Both the position numbers and the translations under genes were made by a program. Positions 1 through 8,305 of a DNA stretch of 64,000 bases are shown in pieces. Positions within the stretch are counted from its first letter, which is position 1. Each line of letters starts with the position of its first letter. A model generated the notes under the pieces. That model saw only the letters and a program-made list of their open reading frames with translations. It was not told where the DNA came from and searched no databases. The DNA is from a virus. Lineage: Duplodnaviria > Caudoviricetes. Location of the stretch: the IMG/VR virus record IMGVR_UViG_3300044856_000241, positions 64,001 to 128,000 of that record; one strand, written 5' to 3'.

Positions 1-780
1 ATTGCATGAACTGTATGATTCCATACATTATTAACATGATACGGATTATTCTGCTCAAATCCGAACATATCTTTAATCTCCGGAATAAACTGGGCAAGTA
101 CACCATCGTACAAAACCATCTGAATACAAAAATCTGGTGCAACAATCATTTTACAAAACTCACTATTAATTCTCTCAGTAGATGTATTCTCTAAACTTTT
201 ATATAAATGACTTGCTTCATAACCTGCCTCAGCATCAATCACAAATTCTAACTGAGAAGCGAATCTCATTGCACGTAAAATTCGTAAGGCATCCTCGGTA
301 AAGCGATCTTTTGCAACGCCAACACATCGAATAAAATGATCTTCAATGTCTTGCATTCCATTAAACGGATCAATTAATCCATCTTTTTCGTTATATGCCA
401 TAGCATTAATGGTGAAATCCCGTCTGCTTAGATCTTCAATAAGATTGCTTGTGAACTCTACAGAATCAGGATGTCTTCCATCTGAATATTCTCCGTCCCT
501 TCTGTACGTTGTGATTTCATACCCAACATTATCAATCATTACAGTGACCGTACCATGTTGAATACCGGTAGGAATTACTTTGTATCCTTTGCTTTCAAAA
601 AGTGAAAAAATTTCATTTATTGTAACTGGCGTACAGATGTCCCAATCATGCACTGGTCTCCCCATAATACTGTCTCTTACACTGCCGCCTACGATGTAAG
701 CCGTACTTCCGTATTTTCCGATTACTTTGAAAAATTTCTTTTACAGCTTCCGGAAGTTCAATTCTAATATCTTTACTCAT
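1..780 (-). CDS. cca: CCA-adding enzyme (class II tRNA nucleotidyltransferase); runs off the left edge; apparent +1 frameshift at 730-734
   Basis: Manual translation: AYIVGGSVRDSIMG..DWDICT..GIQHGT..EITTYR..EDLSRRDFTINAMAY..DPFNG..RFTEDALRILRAMRF. ATG at 780 has RBS GAGGTG but is out of frame with the conserved body unless one T is removed from the T5 run. Not in the ORF track. Confidence 0.93.
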
Positions 781-863
781 CAAAATTCACCTCGATCTCC
801 GGTACTTAATGGAATATTACAATCTTTACAGAATCGTTCTTTTAATTTAGTTGAAACTTCCAT
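780..863 (-). CDS. 27-aa ORF (MEVSTKLKERFCKDCNIPLSTGDRGEF), possible gene remnant
   Basis: TAATG overlap with the upstream stop and TGATG overlap with the cca start. Confidence 0.4.
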   Translation of the reverse strand: MEVSTKLKERFCKDCNIPLSTGDRGEF

Positions 864-1891
864 TAGATTTCTCCTCTCACGACTCGCTCATTCACATACA
901 TTATAAATTCATTAATTCGCTTATAATCTGGTTTATCTGGAAGAGATGTGTTTTCTTTTGCATATTCAAATCTCTTCTCATATTCATTTAACAGATCATA
1001 AAATTCAGGGATTGGTTGTCTATTCTCATCTAAGTATTCTCCATTGCGGATACTCATCAGCAAGTCATGTTCATCTACTCTGTATGTAATAATTTCTTCA
1101 TTTTCCAGAATATCAATACACATCATATACAGTCTCAGCAAATGAGCCATATGTTTTCCTAATTTATCATGACTAATAGCTTTTTCATTACGTTTGCCAA
1201 TTTTGTTGTAGCTACTTACAATAGATTTCATTTCGTTCCACATACCAGCCCAGTCTCTTAATGGATAATGTTTTAAATTAATATCCATAAAAATTTCAGT
1301 CTCATATCCTTCCTGTACTGCTTTATCGATATATAAATTCACATCACTCTCATCATGTGGGAAATATCTGTTTTTGAAATCATATTTTGCATTTTGAATA
1401 CTTTTGAAAATATACTCTTCGTTCTGAGCCTGTCCGACTAAACGTGCTGCTTTATTCTGTAAACGTCTCAGCTGGCTTTGCGAATAACCTGCAAAAGAAT
1501 GAATGCAAATTTTTGATAAGAACATTTTCCTGTTATCTAATAATTCTTTTCCTATATCAGACAAATATAGATAATGCTCTGGTTTCGTTCCTAACAGCTC
1601 GATCGTGTTTGGATTATTAGAAGTCAATAACTTAACGATCTTATTGAAAGAATATACAGTTGTATCTGTTGGAACATCAACAACCTGTTCAAAATCGGTA
1701 CCTAAAAGAACTTCTGATTTACTGTTTAAAGCAACACTACGGATATCTAAGTCTGAATTAGGAGTTTCCATCCCGTATGCATGACTTCCGCCTAATGTCA
1801 ATAACATAATATTCTCTCCAAGATGTTCATCATTTCTCAAGAAATCATATTTCTCAGTTTTCAATTCTGATTTAATTTTATCAATTGTCAT
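863..1891 (-). CDS. Pol-beta superfamily nucleotidyltransferase (RlaP/YcgL-like, RNA repair)
   Basis: GGSHAYG..NSDLDIR motif; NPNTIELL; helical C-terminus KHMAHLLRL. Confidence 0.8.
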   Translation of the reverse strand: MTIDKIKSELKTEKYDFLRNDEHLGENIMLLTLGGSHAYGMETPNSDLDIRSVALNSKSEVLLGTDFEQVVDVPTDTTVYSFNKIVKLLTSNNPNTIELLGTKPEHYLYLSDIGKELLDNRKMFLSKICIHSFAGYSQSQLRRLQNKAARLVGQAQNEEYIFKSIQNAKYDFKNRYFPHDESDVNLYIDKAVQEGYETEIFMDINLKHYPLRDWAGMWNEMKSIVSSYNKIGKRNEKAISHDKLGKHMAHLLRLYMMCIDILENEEIITYRVDEHDLLMSIRNGEYLDENRQPIPEFYDLLNEYEKRFEYAKENTSLPDKPDYKRINEFIMYVNERVVRGEI

Positions 1892-2403
1892 CTTGTCACC
1901 TCACAGTGTTTGATAATCTGATTCGCCACTTTTCTCACAGGAATATCTACAGGGCACAAATCACTCATTTCAATTCTGCTTACGACAACCGGCGTAACAC
2001 CAAACTTTGTATGACAGTAAATTGTATCCCCTACTTTAATATTCTCTGCAAAACCACACCAATTTTCAGGAACTCGCCACACAAACTCTTTTGTACATTT
2101 GCTGTTCGGATGAGTACCATATACATATGTAGTGGTCTTTGTTCTGTAAGTTGGTTTCTTCTTTTCACCAAACTTACCGCATTTAATATAATAAGCCTCT
2201 TCTACATTATTCTCTTTAAGAATCAGATACTGAATATAACCGTCCACCAGAACATTTTCATTATCCAGAACTAAGTACATACTCTGCTTACCTGTATTTG
2301 CAAAGCGTTTTCTGTATTTCTGAACTTTTTGTTCAGATGGAACTGATGCAGCAAAAGCCGAACTAATTACAATATCAGATAATTTAATACTTTTCATGAT
2401 CAT
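1888..2403 (-). CDS. hypothetical protein (ParB-like N-terminal stretch)
   Basis: LVLDNENVLVDGYIQYL; start refined to the MIMKSIK Met. Confidence 0.55.
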   Translation of the reverse strand: MIMKSIKLSDIVISSAFAASVPSEQKVQKYRKRFANTGKQSMYLVLDNENVLVDGYIQYLILKENNVEEAYYIKCGKFGEKKKPTYRTKTTTYVYGTHPNSKCTKEFVWRVPENWCGFAENIKVGDTIYCHTKFGVTPVVVSRIEMSDLCPVDIPVRKVANQIIKHCEVTR

Positions 2404-2404
2404 T

Positions 2405-2614
2405 CTACTCCACAGGTTTAAAGTATTTCGCACTTTTATATCTCCACTGACCATCTTCAAAGATTAGAAACTGTGGATATCCATTACCATCATCTCTAAC
2501 ATTGTAGACTTTGTATCTACACGTTCTACATTCACTATGCAAATAACTATTATTATTGGTATACTCACATGAATATGTAGTTTTTTTTGTTTCCACTTCA
2601 AACATAAATTTCAT
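2405..2614 (-). CDS. hypothetical protein
   Basis: RBS AGAAAGGAG before ATG at 2614; the upstream part of the track ORF overlaps tRNAs and is spurious. Confidence 0.65.
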   Translation of the reverse strand: MKFMFEVETKKTTYSCEYTNNNSYLHSECRTCRYKVYNVRDDGNGYPQFLIFEDGQWRYKSAKYFKPVE

Positions 2615-2638
2615 TTGCTCCTTTCTGAATTTTAGAAA

Positions 2639-2711
2639 TACGGGAGGCACGAGTCGAACGTGCCGCAACTGATTTATAAGATCAGCCCCATCACCGCTTG
2701 GGTACTCCCGC
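2639..2711 (-). tRNA. tRNA-Ile(UAU), no encoded CCA
   Basis: GCGGGAG/CTCCCGT acceptor, CCCA/TGGG D-stem, CTGAT-CT TAT AA-ATCAG anticodon arm, GCACG-TTCGACT-CGTGC T arm. Confidence 0.9.
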
Positions 2712-2713
2712 TT

Positions 2714-2800
2714 ATTGAATATCATCACAACAGCGACAATGTGCGAAACCAGAAAAAAATGAAGCGAAAGAAAGGATTTACTGCCGTGATAATATTCAAT
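2714..2800 (-). ncRNA. 20-bp hairpin with long pyrimidine-rich loop between tRNAs
   Basis: ATTGAATATTATCACGGCAG pairs with CTGTTGTGATGATATTCAAT; all three non-Watson-Crick pairs are G-U on the minus strand. Confidence 0.55.
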
Positions 2801-2823
2801 TGCCAAAATATTTACTTGATTAA

Positions 2824-2896
2824 CGGGGCTAGTAGGATTTGAACCTACGAATACCACATTCAAAGTGTGGAGCCTTAACCGCTTGGCGATAGCCCT
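2824..2896 (-). tRNA. tRNA-Gln(UUG), no encoded CCA
   Basis: AGGGCTA/TAGCCCC acceptor, GCC-AAGCGGTTAA-GGC D arm, CCACA-CT TTG AA-TGTGG, GTAGG-TTCAAAT-CCTAC. Confidence 0.92.
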
Positions 2897-2897
2897 A

Positions 2898-3059
2898 TGG
2901 TTGCACCGAGAGCGGAGCTATGCACAACTCCCAATTGATTAACTTCATACGATACTTTCTTGTAGGTCTAATTTAAATTTTACATCCAAGTACTAGGATT
3001 ATCTCAGATGACAATATCCTCTCGTATTTAATTAAACAAATGTTGCATACTCTCGATGC
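2898..3059 (-). ncRNA. candidate ~160-nt structured ncRNA ending in ...GCAACCA
   Basis: Terminal stem GCATCGAGAG/CTCTCGGTGC, then TATGCA/TGCATA and ATACGA/TCGTAT, with two internal hairpins; fills the gap between two tRNAs almost exactly. Confidence 0.6.
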
Positions 3060-3062
3060 TAA

Positions 3063-3135
3063 TACGCCCACCCAGAGTCGGACTGGGAATCGCTGTGTAT
3101 AAGACAGGTGCAACGTACCGCATCACCTTGGGCGC
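3063..3135 (-). tRNA. atypical or degenerate tRNA-Ile(UAU)
   Basis: GCGCCCA/TGGGCGT acceptor, CTGT-CT TAT AC-ACAG anticodon arm, CCCAG-TCCGACT-CTGGG T arm (non-canonical T loop, A at position 8, weak D stem). Confidence 0.65.
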
Positions 3136-3238
3136 ATATTTGTGGTAGTTGTTTCTTCCTTATTATAGGGATGACTCGTTCCAACCCACCACGTAATAAC
3201 GAGTGTAAGTTTATATTTATTTATTTTCCATCAATTTA

Positions 3239-3497
3239 CTAAAAACTCTGAATCAACAGCCAGATCATTGTTGGATAATATATAATATCTACTATAGAAA
3301 AAAGTAACTCTCTAAATCTATTAACTGAGAACTCTTCGCCTTTTTCTAATTTTGTAGCATATGAACTATAGTCGAAAATGTTAATAATACAACTTACTAC
3401 TTCAATAATTGACATAATAAGTGCAAAATTATTGTCTGCAAATCTCATTCCGAGTTTTGCATAGATAATTCCGAGAATTATGTAAATAATCCAACCA
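3239..3497 (-). CDS. membrane protein; original 5' end displaced by the IS
   Basis: Hydrophobic segments; track ORF 3239..3565 now starts inside the IS right end. Confidence 0.55.
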
Positions 3498-3603
3498 TTG
3501 AACTTCACACCGCTAAAGTGGTGTGATTCTTGGGAAATTATCTCTACTGAGATAATATTTACCAAGCTATCCCGATTGTTCCAACCGTTCTTATTTATGA
3601 TTA
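3478..3603 (-). ncRNA. TnpB reRNA (omegaRNA) scaffold plus guide TGGTTGGATTATTTACATAA
   Basis: Structured region between the tnpB stop and the right end; the guide is the flank beyond TTCAA; 5' boundary approximate. Confidence 0.7.
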
Positions 3604-4812
3604 TTAAGCTACTTCCAGTAGCCTTAATCCTTCGTTTAATATATTAATAGCAGCATTAATATCTCTATCATGATGTGTATTGCAACAAGGACAATCCCAT
3701 TCTCTAACATTAAGATTTTTTGTTTCCTTATTAACATAACCACATACATTACAAGTCTGTGAGCTTGCAAAAAACTTACCTACTTTTATAACTTTTCTAC
3801 CATACCAACCAACCTTATACTCTAATTGTCTTACAAATTCAGACCATGATACATCTGCAATAGACCTTGCAAGTTTATGATTTTTAATCATGTTTTTTAC
3901 TTGTAAATCTTCCAAACAAATCACATCATTATTTCTGATAATCTCTGTAGATAATTTCTGCAAGAAATCTTTTCTCTGATTTGCAATATGTTCTTGAAGT
4001 CTTGCAACTTTAATTCTTGCTTTGTTACGATTAGAACCACCTTTTGATTTTCGAGATAATTCTATTTGTAATTTAGCAAGCTTGTCCAATGACTTTTTGA
4101 GATATTTCGGATTCGGAATCATTTCTCCATCAGATGTTATACAAAACTCTTTAATACCTAAATCAATACCAACAGAATTTCCAGTTTTTTCCAATGGTTT
4201 CATTTCTACATCAGTACAGCATAGCGAAACATAATATTTTCCACTAGGCTCCTGTGATACGGTAGCATTTAATATTCTTCCTTGCGGAATTAATTTATTT
4301 TTAGTTTTTACCACTCCAAGTTTTGGTAATTTAATATGTCTTCCGCAATACTGAATATTATTATTTGTACATTTCGATTTATATGAATATCTATGTGTTT
4401 TCTTTGATTTAAATTTAGGATAACCGGTATGTTCTTTGAAGAATTTCTGATAAGCAGAATCTAAATCTCTAAGTGAAGATTGAAGAGCAGTGGAATCAAC
4501 TTCTTTTAACCATTCCAGTTCAGACTTAAGTTTTGTCATGTCTTTTGAACATTGTGTATATGAAAATGTTTCATTTTCTTTTTCATACATTTCAACTCTT
4601 TTTGCAAGATATGTATTATATACAAACCTACAACATCCAAAAGTCTTTGCTATTATTTCTCGTTGCTTTTTATTTGGATAAATTCTGTACTTATAAGCCT
4701 TTTCCACTACCTTCACCTCGCTTTCTTTCTAATTTATCACCTCATATGTATATTCTCCATTTGGTGTCGATTCATCTCACCACTGAAGTGGCGAGTGTTC
4801 TCACCTTTCTTC
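3498..4812 (-). mobile_element. IS200/IS605 family element, tnpB only (IS1341-like, non-autonomous)
   Basis: Left-end hairpin CTCGCCAC-TTCA-GTGGTGAG after target motif TTTAT (4813-4817); right-end hairpin CACACCAC-TTTA-GCGGTGTG ending TTCAA at 3498; removal restores the flanking reading frames. Confidence 0.85.
3604..4716 (-). CDS. tnpB: TnpB RNA-guided endonuclease
   Basis: [11 protein letters not shown], RuvC GIDLG / CLEDL / [10 protein letters not shown], Zn finger CNVC..CPCC; catalytic residues intact. Confidence 0.96.
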   Translation of the reverse strand: MKVVEKAYKYRIYPNKKQREIIAKTFGCCRFVYNTYLAKRVEMYEKENETFSYTQCSKDMTKLKSELEWLKEVDSTALQSSLRDLDSAYQKFFKEHTGYPKFKSKKTHRYSYKSKCTNNNIQYCGRHIKLPKLGVVKTKNKLIPQGRILNATVSQEPSGKYYVSLCCTDVEMKPLEKTGNSVGIDLGIKEFCITSDGEMIPNPKYLKKSLDKLAKLQIELSRKSKGGSNRNKARIKVARLQEHIANQRKDFLQKLSTEIIRNNDVICLEDLQVKNMIKNHKLARSIADVSWSEFVRQLEYKVGWYGRKVIKVGKFFASSQTCNVCGYVNKETKNLNVREWDCPCCNTHHDRDINAAINILNEGLRLLEVA

Positions 4813-5203
4813 ATAAAATTGGAATTACACATCCTGCCCAGGTAAGTGCAATTTGCCATAAATGTAATAATTGATCTTCTACAAGATTAATTTCTTTCTT
4901 ATTGGCTTTTCGATCATCTATAAAATAATGCATTCCAATATTCCAAAGGAACCAGAAAAAATGAACACAAAAAAATTCCTTCATACATAATGCGTATATC
5001 GCAACCGGCACCATCACCATGAACGACCATGCGAAACTATGCATAAACAACGCCATCTTATAATCGTTCTTATACATTTTATCTGGAGCATTTTTCTCCC
5101 ACCATTCTTTTTGTTTAGCGGATGCAAGCCAACCTTGTAGATTATAATCAGCTATGATATGACAGAAGATCATAAGAATTAAGATTAATAATGCTATTTT
5201 CAT
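4811..5203 (-). CDS. DUF3307-like membrane protein, last 6 residues lost to the IS
   Basis: HIIADYNLQ..HS..HYFIDD..DQLLH motifs. Confidence 0.8.
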   Translation of the reverse strand: MKIALLILILMIFCHIIADYNLQGWLASAKQKEWWEKNAPDKMYKNDYKMALFMHSFAWSFMVMVPVAIYALCMKEFFCVHFFWFLWNIGMHYFIDDRKANKKEINLVEDQLLHLWQIALTWAGCVIPIL

Positions 5204-5222
5204 ATTTATTTATCCTCCATCA

Positions 5223-5624
5223 TTAATGTAAAAAATCTCTAATACCATCTACAAGTTCATGATAGTTCTCACCGGTAAGATCAAAATTGAACATATCACA
5301 TACGAGAAAGCTGCCGTCTCCAATCAATACAGTGTATTTCCCATCGACTCTACATTTTGTAATGATGCCTTTACCAGTTCCTTTTACCTGCACGATATCG
5401 CCTATTTTTGGCATTACGGTTTTAATGCACCAATCGTTAGCTAATAGATTATAAGATGTCATCAATGCTACCGAAATTTTTTCATCCTCAGAAAAAGATA
5501 AATCATCATAAAATTTTATTGTATTATCTTCTTTATCGATAAACAAATATCTATTTGTGAGCCATTCTTTTCTTGTAACCTTTTCTCCACTCTTCATAGC
5601 ATCCAACGCTTCACTAAAATTCAT
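5223..5624 (-). CDS. DUF2829 / Tad2-like protein with extra C-terminal SH3/KOW-like domain
   Basis: MNFSEALDAMKSGEKVTRKEW...LLANDW signature. Confidence 0.65.
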   Translation of the reverse strand: MNFSEALDAMKSGEKVTRKEWLTNRYLFIDKEDNTIKFYDDLSFSEDEKISVALMTSYNLLANDWCIKTVMPKIGDIVQVKGTGKGIITKCRVDGKYTVLIGDGSFLVCDMFNFDLTGENYHELVDGIRDFLH

Positions 5625-5625
5625 A

Positions 5626-5754
5626 CTATCGCTCCATTCTGCTAATCTGTCTTCTCAGTTTTCTTACAACTCCACCACATTTAATGTTCTTCGGAGACAC
5701 CTGCAGTTTCGCCAGTCTATCCTTCATTAATGCTAATTTTGCTTCATTTGTCAT
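5626..5754 (-). CDS. small basic hypothetical protein (42 aa)
   Basis: Manual ORF MTNEAKLALMKDRLAKL.. with RBS GAGG. Confidence 0.55.
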   Translation of the reverse strand: MTNEAKLALMKDRLAKLQVSPKNIKCGGVVRKLRRQISRMER

Positions 5755-5793
5755 GATTTAGTCCTCAACTTTCTTATATTTTTTATTTCACAA

Positions 5794-5976
5794 CTACTTA
5801 TTCTCCGCCAGCTTTCTTCCACAATACGGACAATAATTGATGTAGTTCTTCTGATGTATATATTCGCCATCATAATTATCCCATTCCATTGTTTCGATAT
5901 CTTCATACCATTCTTTTGTCAATGGATCTAAGTAGATACAGCAATCATTCGAATGTGAATCACAATATTTACACAT
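5794..5976 (-). CDS. small Zn-ribbon protein
   Basis: MCKYC...YCPYCGRKL. Confidence 0.7.
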   Translation of the reverse strand: MCKYCDSHSNDCCIYLDPLTKEWYEDIETMEWDNYDGEYIHQKNYINYCPYCGRKLAENK

Positions 5977-6014
5977 TTATGTATTCTCTCCTCTCTCCAG
6001 ATGAAAACAAACTT

Positions 6015-6614
6015 TCAGACGTACAGTTGATACTTCCTGCCAATCTGATCGATCACTCCACTATCCATCGGTTTAAAACCAATTACAGTAAGCGTCCTAC
6101 CATTTTCTTCCGGTTCTAACTCGGTATAGCAGTTATCATGGATCAACCAAAAGTCTTCATTCTCAACCATTCCCAAATCTTCTGCCATGGACTTAGCTTT
6201 CAGAAGCTGATTTTTATTCTTCGCTCTAAGAACACACTTTGTATATTCTCCACACATCCATTGCTCGTACAAATTTTTGTCAATAGTAAATTCTGTCTTG
6301 TAATGACTTACAGTTGGTTCATCCACCATTATTTGTTTGCCATATGGATTCTTCTGATTTGCCGGCTTATAATAAACCCATCTTTTACCATTCTGTCTTG
6401 TAATCTCTGCGAAATCATCTAAATCTGGATGTCTATACCATTGTGGTTTGCCGTCTGAACCATACGCCCTCAAAATCTTCTCATTAATGATCTTCGTCAC
6501 ATTATATCTAATCATTTGCATAAGAAATGCATTAGACGCATGACTTACTTGCACAGCCAATTTTTCTGGTGACATTTCCAGGTCTTTTCTTGCTATAATA
6601 ACTTGTTTGTACAT
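6015..6614 (-). CDS. pth2: peptidyl-tRNA hydrolase, Pth2 family, with large insertion
   Basis: KQVIIARKDL.MS..KLAVQVSHAS, KCVLRA, IHDNCYTE..TLTVIGFKP. Confidence 0.85.
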   Translation of the reverse strand: MYKQVIIARKDLEMSPEKLAVQVSHASNAFLMQMIRYNVTKIINEKILRAYGSDGKPQWYRHPDLDDFAEITRQNGKRWVYYKPANQKNPYGKQIMVDEPTVSHYKTEFTIDKNLYEQWMCGEYTKCVLRAKNKNQLLKAKSMAEDLGMVENEDFWLIHDNCYTELEPEENGRTLTVIGFKPMDSGVIDQIGRKYQLYV

Positions 6615-7127
6615 TTAACAAAAATACCCTTCTGTAAAATCATATCCATCAATATCATGAAAATATCTTGAGGAACCCCACATCTGACCTGTATCAAAAC
6701 TAGAATATTCAAGATGATCATATGGTATTGTTATATCGTAATCGTTTTCTGTACTCTCTATAAAATAATCTCGCCAACCACATAGAGTATCACGTACAAT
6801 TCCTCCGGGAATATATTTCATATAACGCACTTGTTGATTTTCTCCCCAGTCAATTAATTCTTCCTGAAGCCCATCTAACGAAAACTGTTCGCCATATTCA
6901 TCAAATATTTTTATATCTTCACAATGTTCTTTAATAAATTGCTTCATTTCTGTAACAGAATTATATGCTTTCTTATGCGTCTCAAATAATGGTTTCCAAC
7001 CTAAGCTACGCTTTCCTATATGAATCTCGTATCCGAAAAATGGTTCATCTACTAATTCATATTCTCCGTCAAAATATTTTTTTGCTAACTTTTTATTGTC
7101 TGTCATCATATAATAATTTGTTCCCAA
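6615..7127 (-). CDS. hypothetical phage protein
   Basis: 170-aa ORF abutting its neighbours. Confidence 0.7.
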   Translation of the reverse strand: MGTNYYMMTDNKKLAKKYFDGEYELVDEPFFGYEIHIGKRSLGWKPLFETHKKAYNSVTEMKQFIKEHCEDIKIFDEYGEQFSLDGLQEELIDWGENQQVRYMKYIPGGIVRDTLCGWRDYFIESTENDYDITIPYDHLEYSSFDTGQMWGSSRYFHDIDGYDFTEGYFC

Positions 7128-7171
7128 ATTTACTCACCACCTTATATACTAAATCTGTTTCTGCTATTTAC

Positions 7172-7762
7172 TTATTCCTCTGATTCAAAGATTGAAGAGG
7201 AAAAGATACAAACCGGGCGAACACCGTAGTCGTTGCCACAGCCGTAGCCGTAGATACCGCCGGGCGGAGAAACAACGGTGACTGTTTTTGAGTATTCGTT
7301 ACAAGGTGTGCTCCACGGAGTAACAAGCCACCACCATTCATCAGTATTCGGAATGAATTTTCTGTATTTTCGGTATTCGTCAACCGTCAAAAGAGATACA
7401 AAATCATCTGTTTCCCCATATTCTTCCTGTCCATCAAGAGACAACAGGTCTCTTTTAAAAGCAACAATATTATCCTCACCAATCTCTTTGGAAACCTTTT
7501 TATAGAACTCTGTGTGGAGATAACTTCTCAAACTACTTTCATTCCAGTCACTTGAGTTTTCATCAAACTTTTTATCTCCCAATGAGTCACCAATGCACAT
7601 ATATCCAGCATCCGTAATATCAAGGATTTTCCAGTTTGTGTCTGCAAGTTCAAATTCATCTCCGATTTTTAATCCTTTCGGAATATGTGTCACACCTAAC
7701 TTTTCCTCAAGTGCTTTAACTCTGCCGAACAATTCTGAAATATCACTTACTATACTTCTCAT
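7172..7762 (-). CDS. DUF6273-like (C-type-lectin-like) protein, probable DGR target
   Basis: WNESSLRSYL, VSLLTVDEY, WWWLVTP, GVRPVC; GC-rich NNC/NNT codon tail. Confidence 0.75.
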   Translation of the reverse strand: MRSIVSDISELFGRVKALEEKLGVTHIPKGLKIGDEFELADTNWKILDITDAGYMCIGDSLGDKKFDENSSDWNESSLRSYLHTEFYKKVSKEIGEDNIVAFKRDLLSLDGQEEYGETDDFVSLLTVDEYRKYRKFIPNTDEWWWLVTPWSTPCNEYSKTVTVVSPPGGIYGYGCGNDYGVRPVCIFSSSIFESEE

Positions 7763-7764
7763 AT

Positions 7765-8217
7765 TTACACCTCTTCATTGTATTTTCTCAGTTGGTTATA
7801 ATAATCTAATTTATTATCCAACTCCCGAACTTTTCTTCTGAGATCTTCTTCTTTTGATTTACTGTCGGTAACACGAGCACCTTTACAAAGAATGTCTCGT
7901 TCACGTTCCAACCGAGCATACTCATCAGAGACATCTTCTTCTCTAATAATTTCTGTTTCGATTTTTTCACCACAGAACGGGCAATATTTAATCGGATAAT
8001 AATTATCCTGCTTAAAATCTTCTTCCCATTCAGTCCACTCGTCATAGTCTGCAATGCAAAATTGTGGTTCTGAAATATAATTTTCTGTAACGTCATATTC
8101 TCCAGCTACTAATTCAATTACTGGATTTCTTGCTAATTCATGACAACAGAAGCTCATAGGCTTATATTTATAACTCACTTCATCGCCCAAATTCTGTTTA
8201 ATAATTTCAACCTTCAC
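7765..8217 (-). CDS. hypothetical protein with Zn ribbon and coiled coil
   Basis: FCC...YCPFCG. Confidence 0.65.
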   Translation of the reverse strand: MKVEIIKQNLGDEVSYKYKPMSFCCHELARNPVIELVAGEYDVTENYISEPQFCIADYDEWTEWEEDFKQDNYYPIKYCPFCGEKIETEIIREEDVSDEYARLERERDILCKGARVTDSKSKEEDLRRKVRELDNKLDYYNQLRKYNEEV

Positions 8218-8305
8218 AATCTTTTACCTCACTTTTTATAATCTAAATTTACTCTGTAAACGTGTTCTGGACAAAGCGTATATCCGCTCTATACTATGTG
8301 ATTCT

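Noticed and set aside
2615-2863. N-terminal part of ORF 2405..2863
   Set aside because: Overlaps tRNA-Ile, the hairpin and tRNA-Gln; the true start is at 2614
2600-3210. Theta/HDV-like ribozymes at tRNA 3' ends
   Set aside because: The 3' trailers do not fit the nested double-pseudoknot P1/P1.1/P2/P3 pattern
3498-4812. IStron (group I intron-IS hybrid)
   Set aside because: Only about 95 bp lie between the left end and tnpB, leaving no room for an intron core
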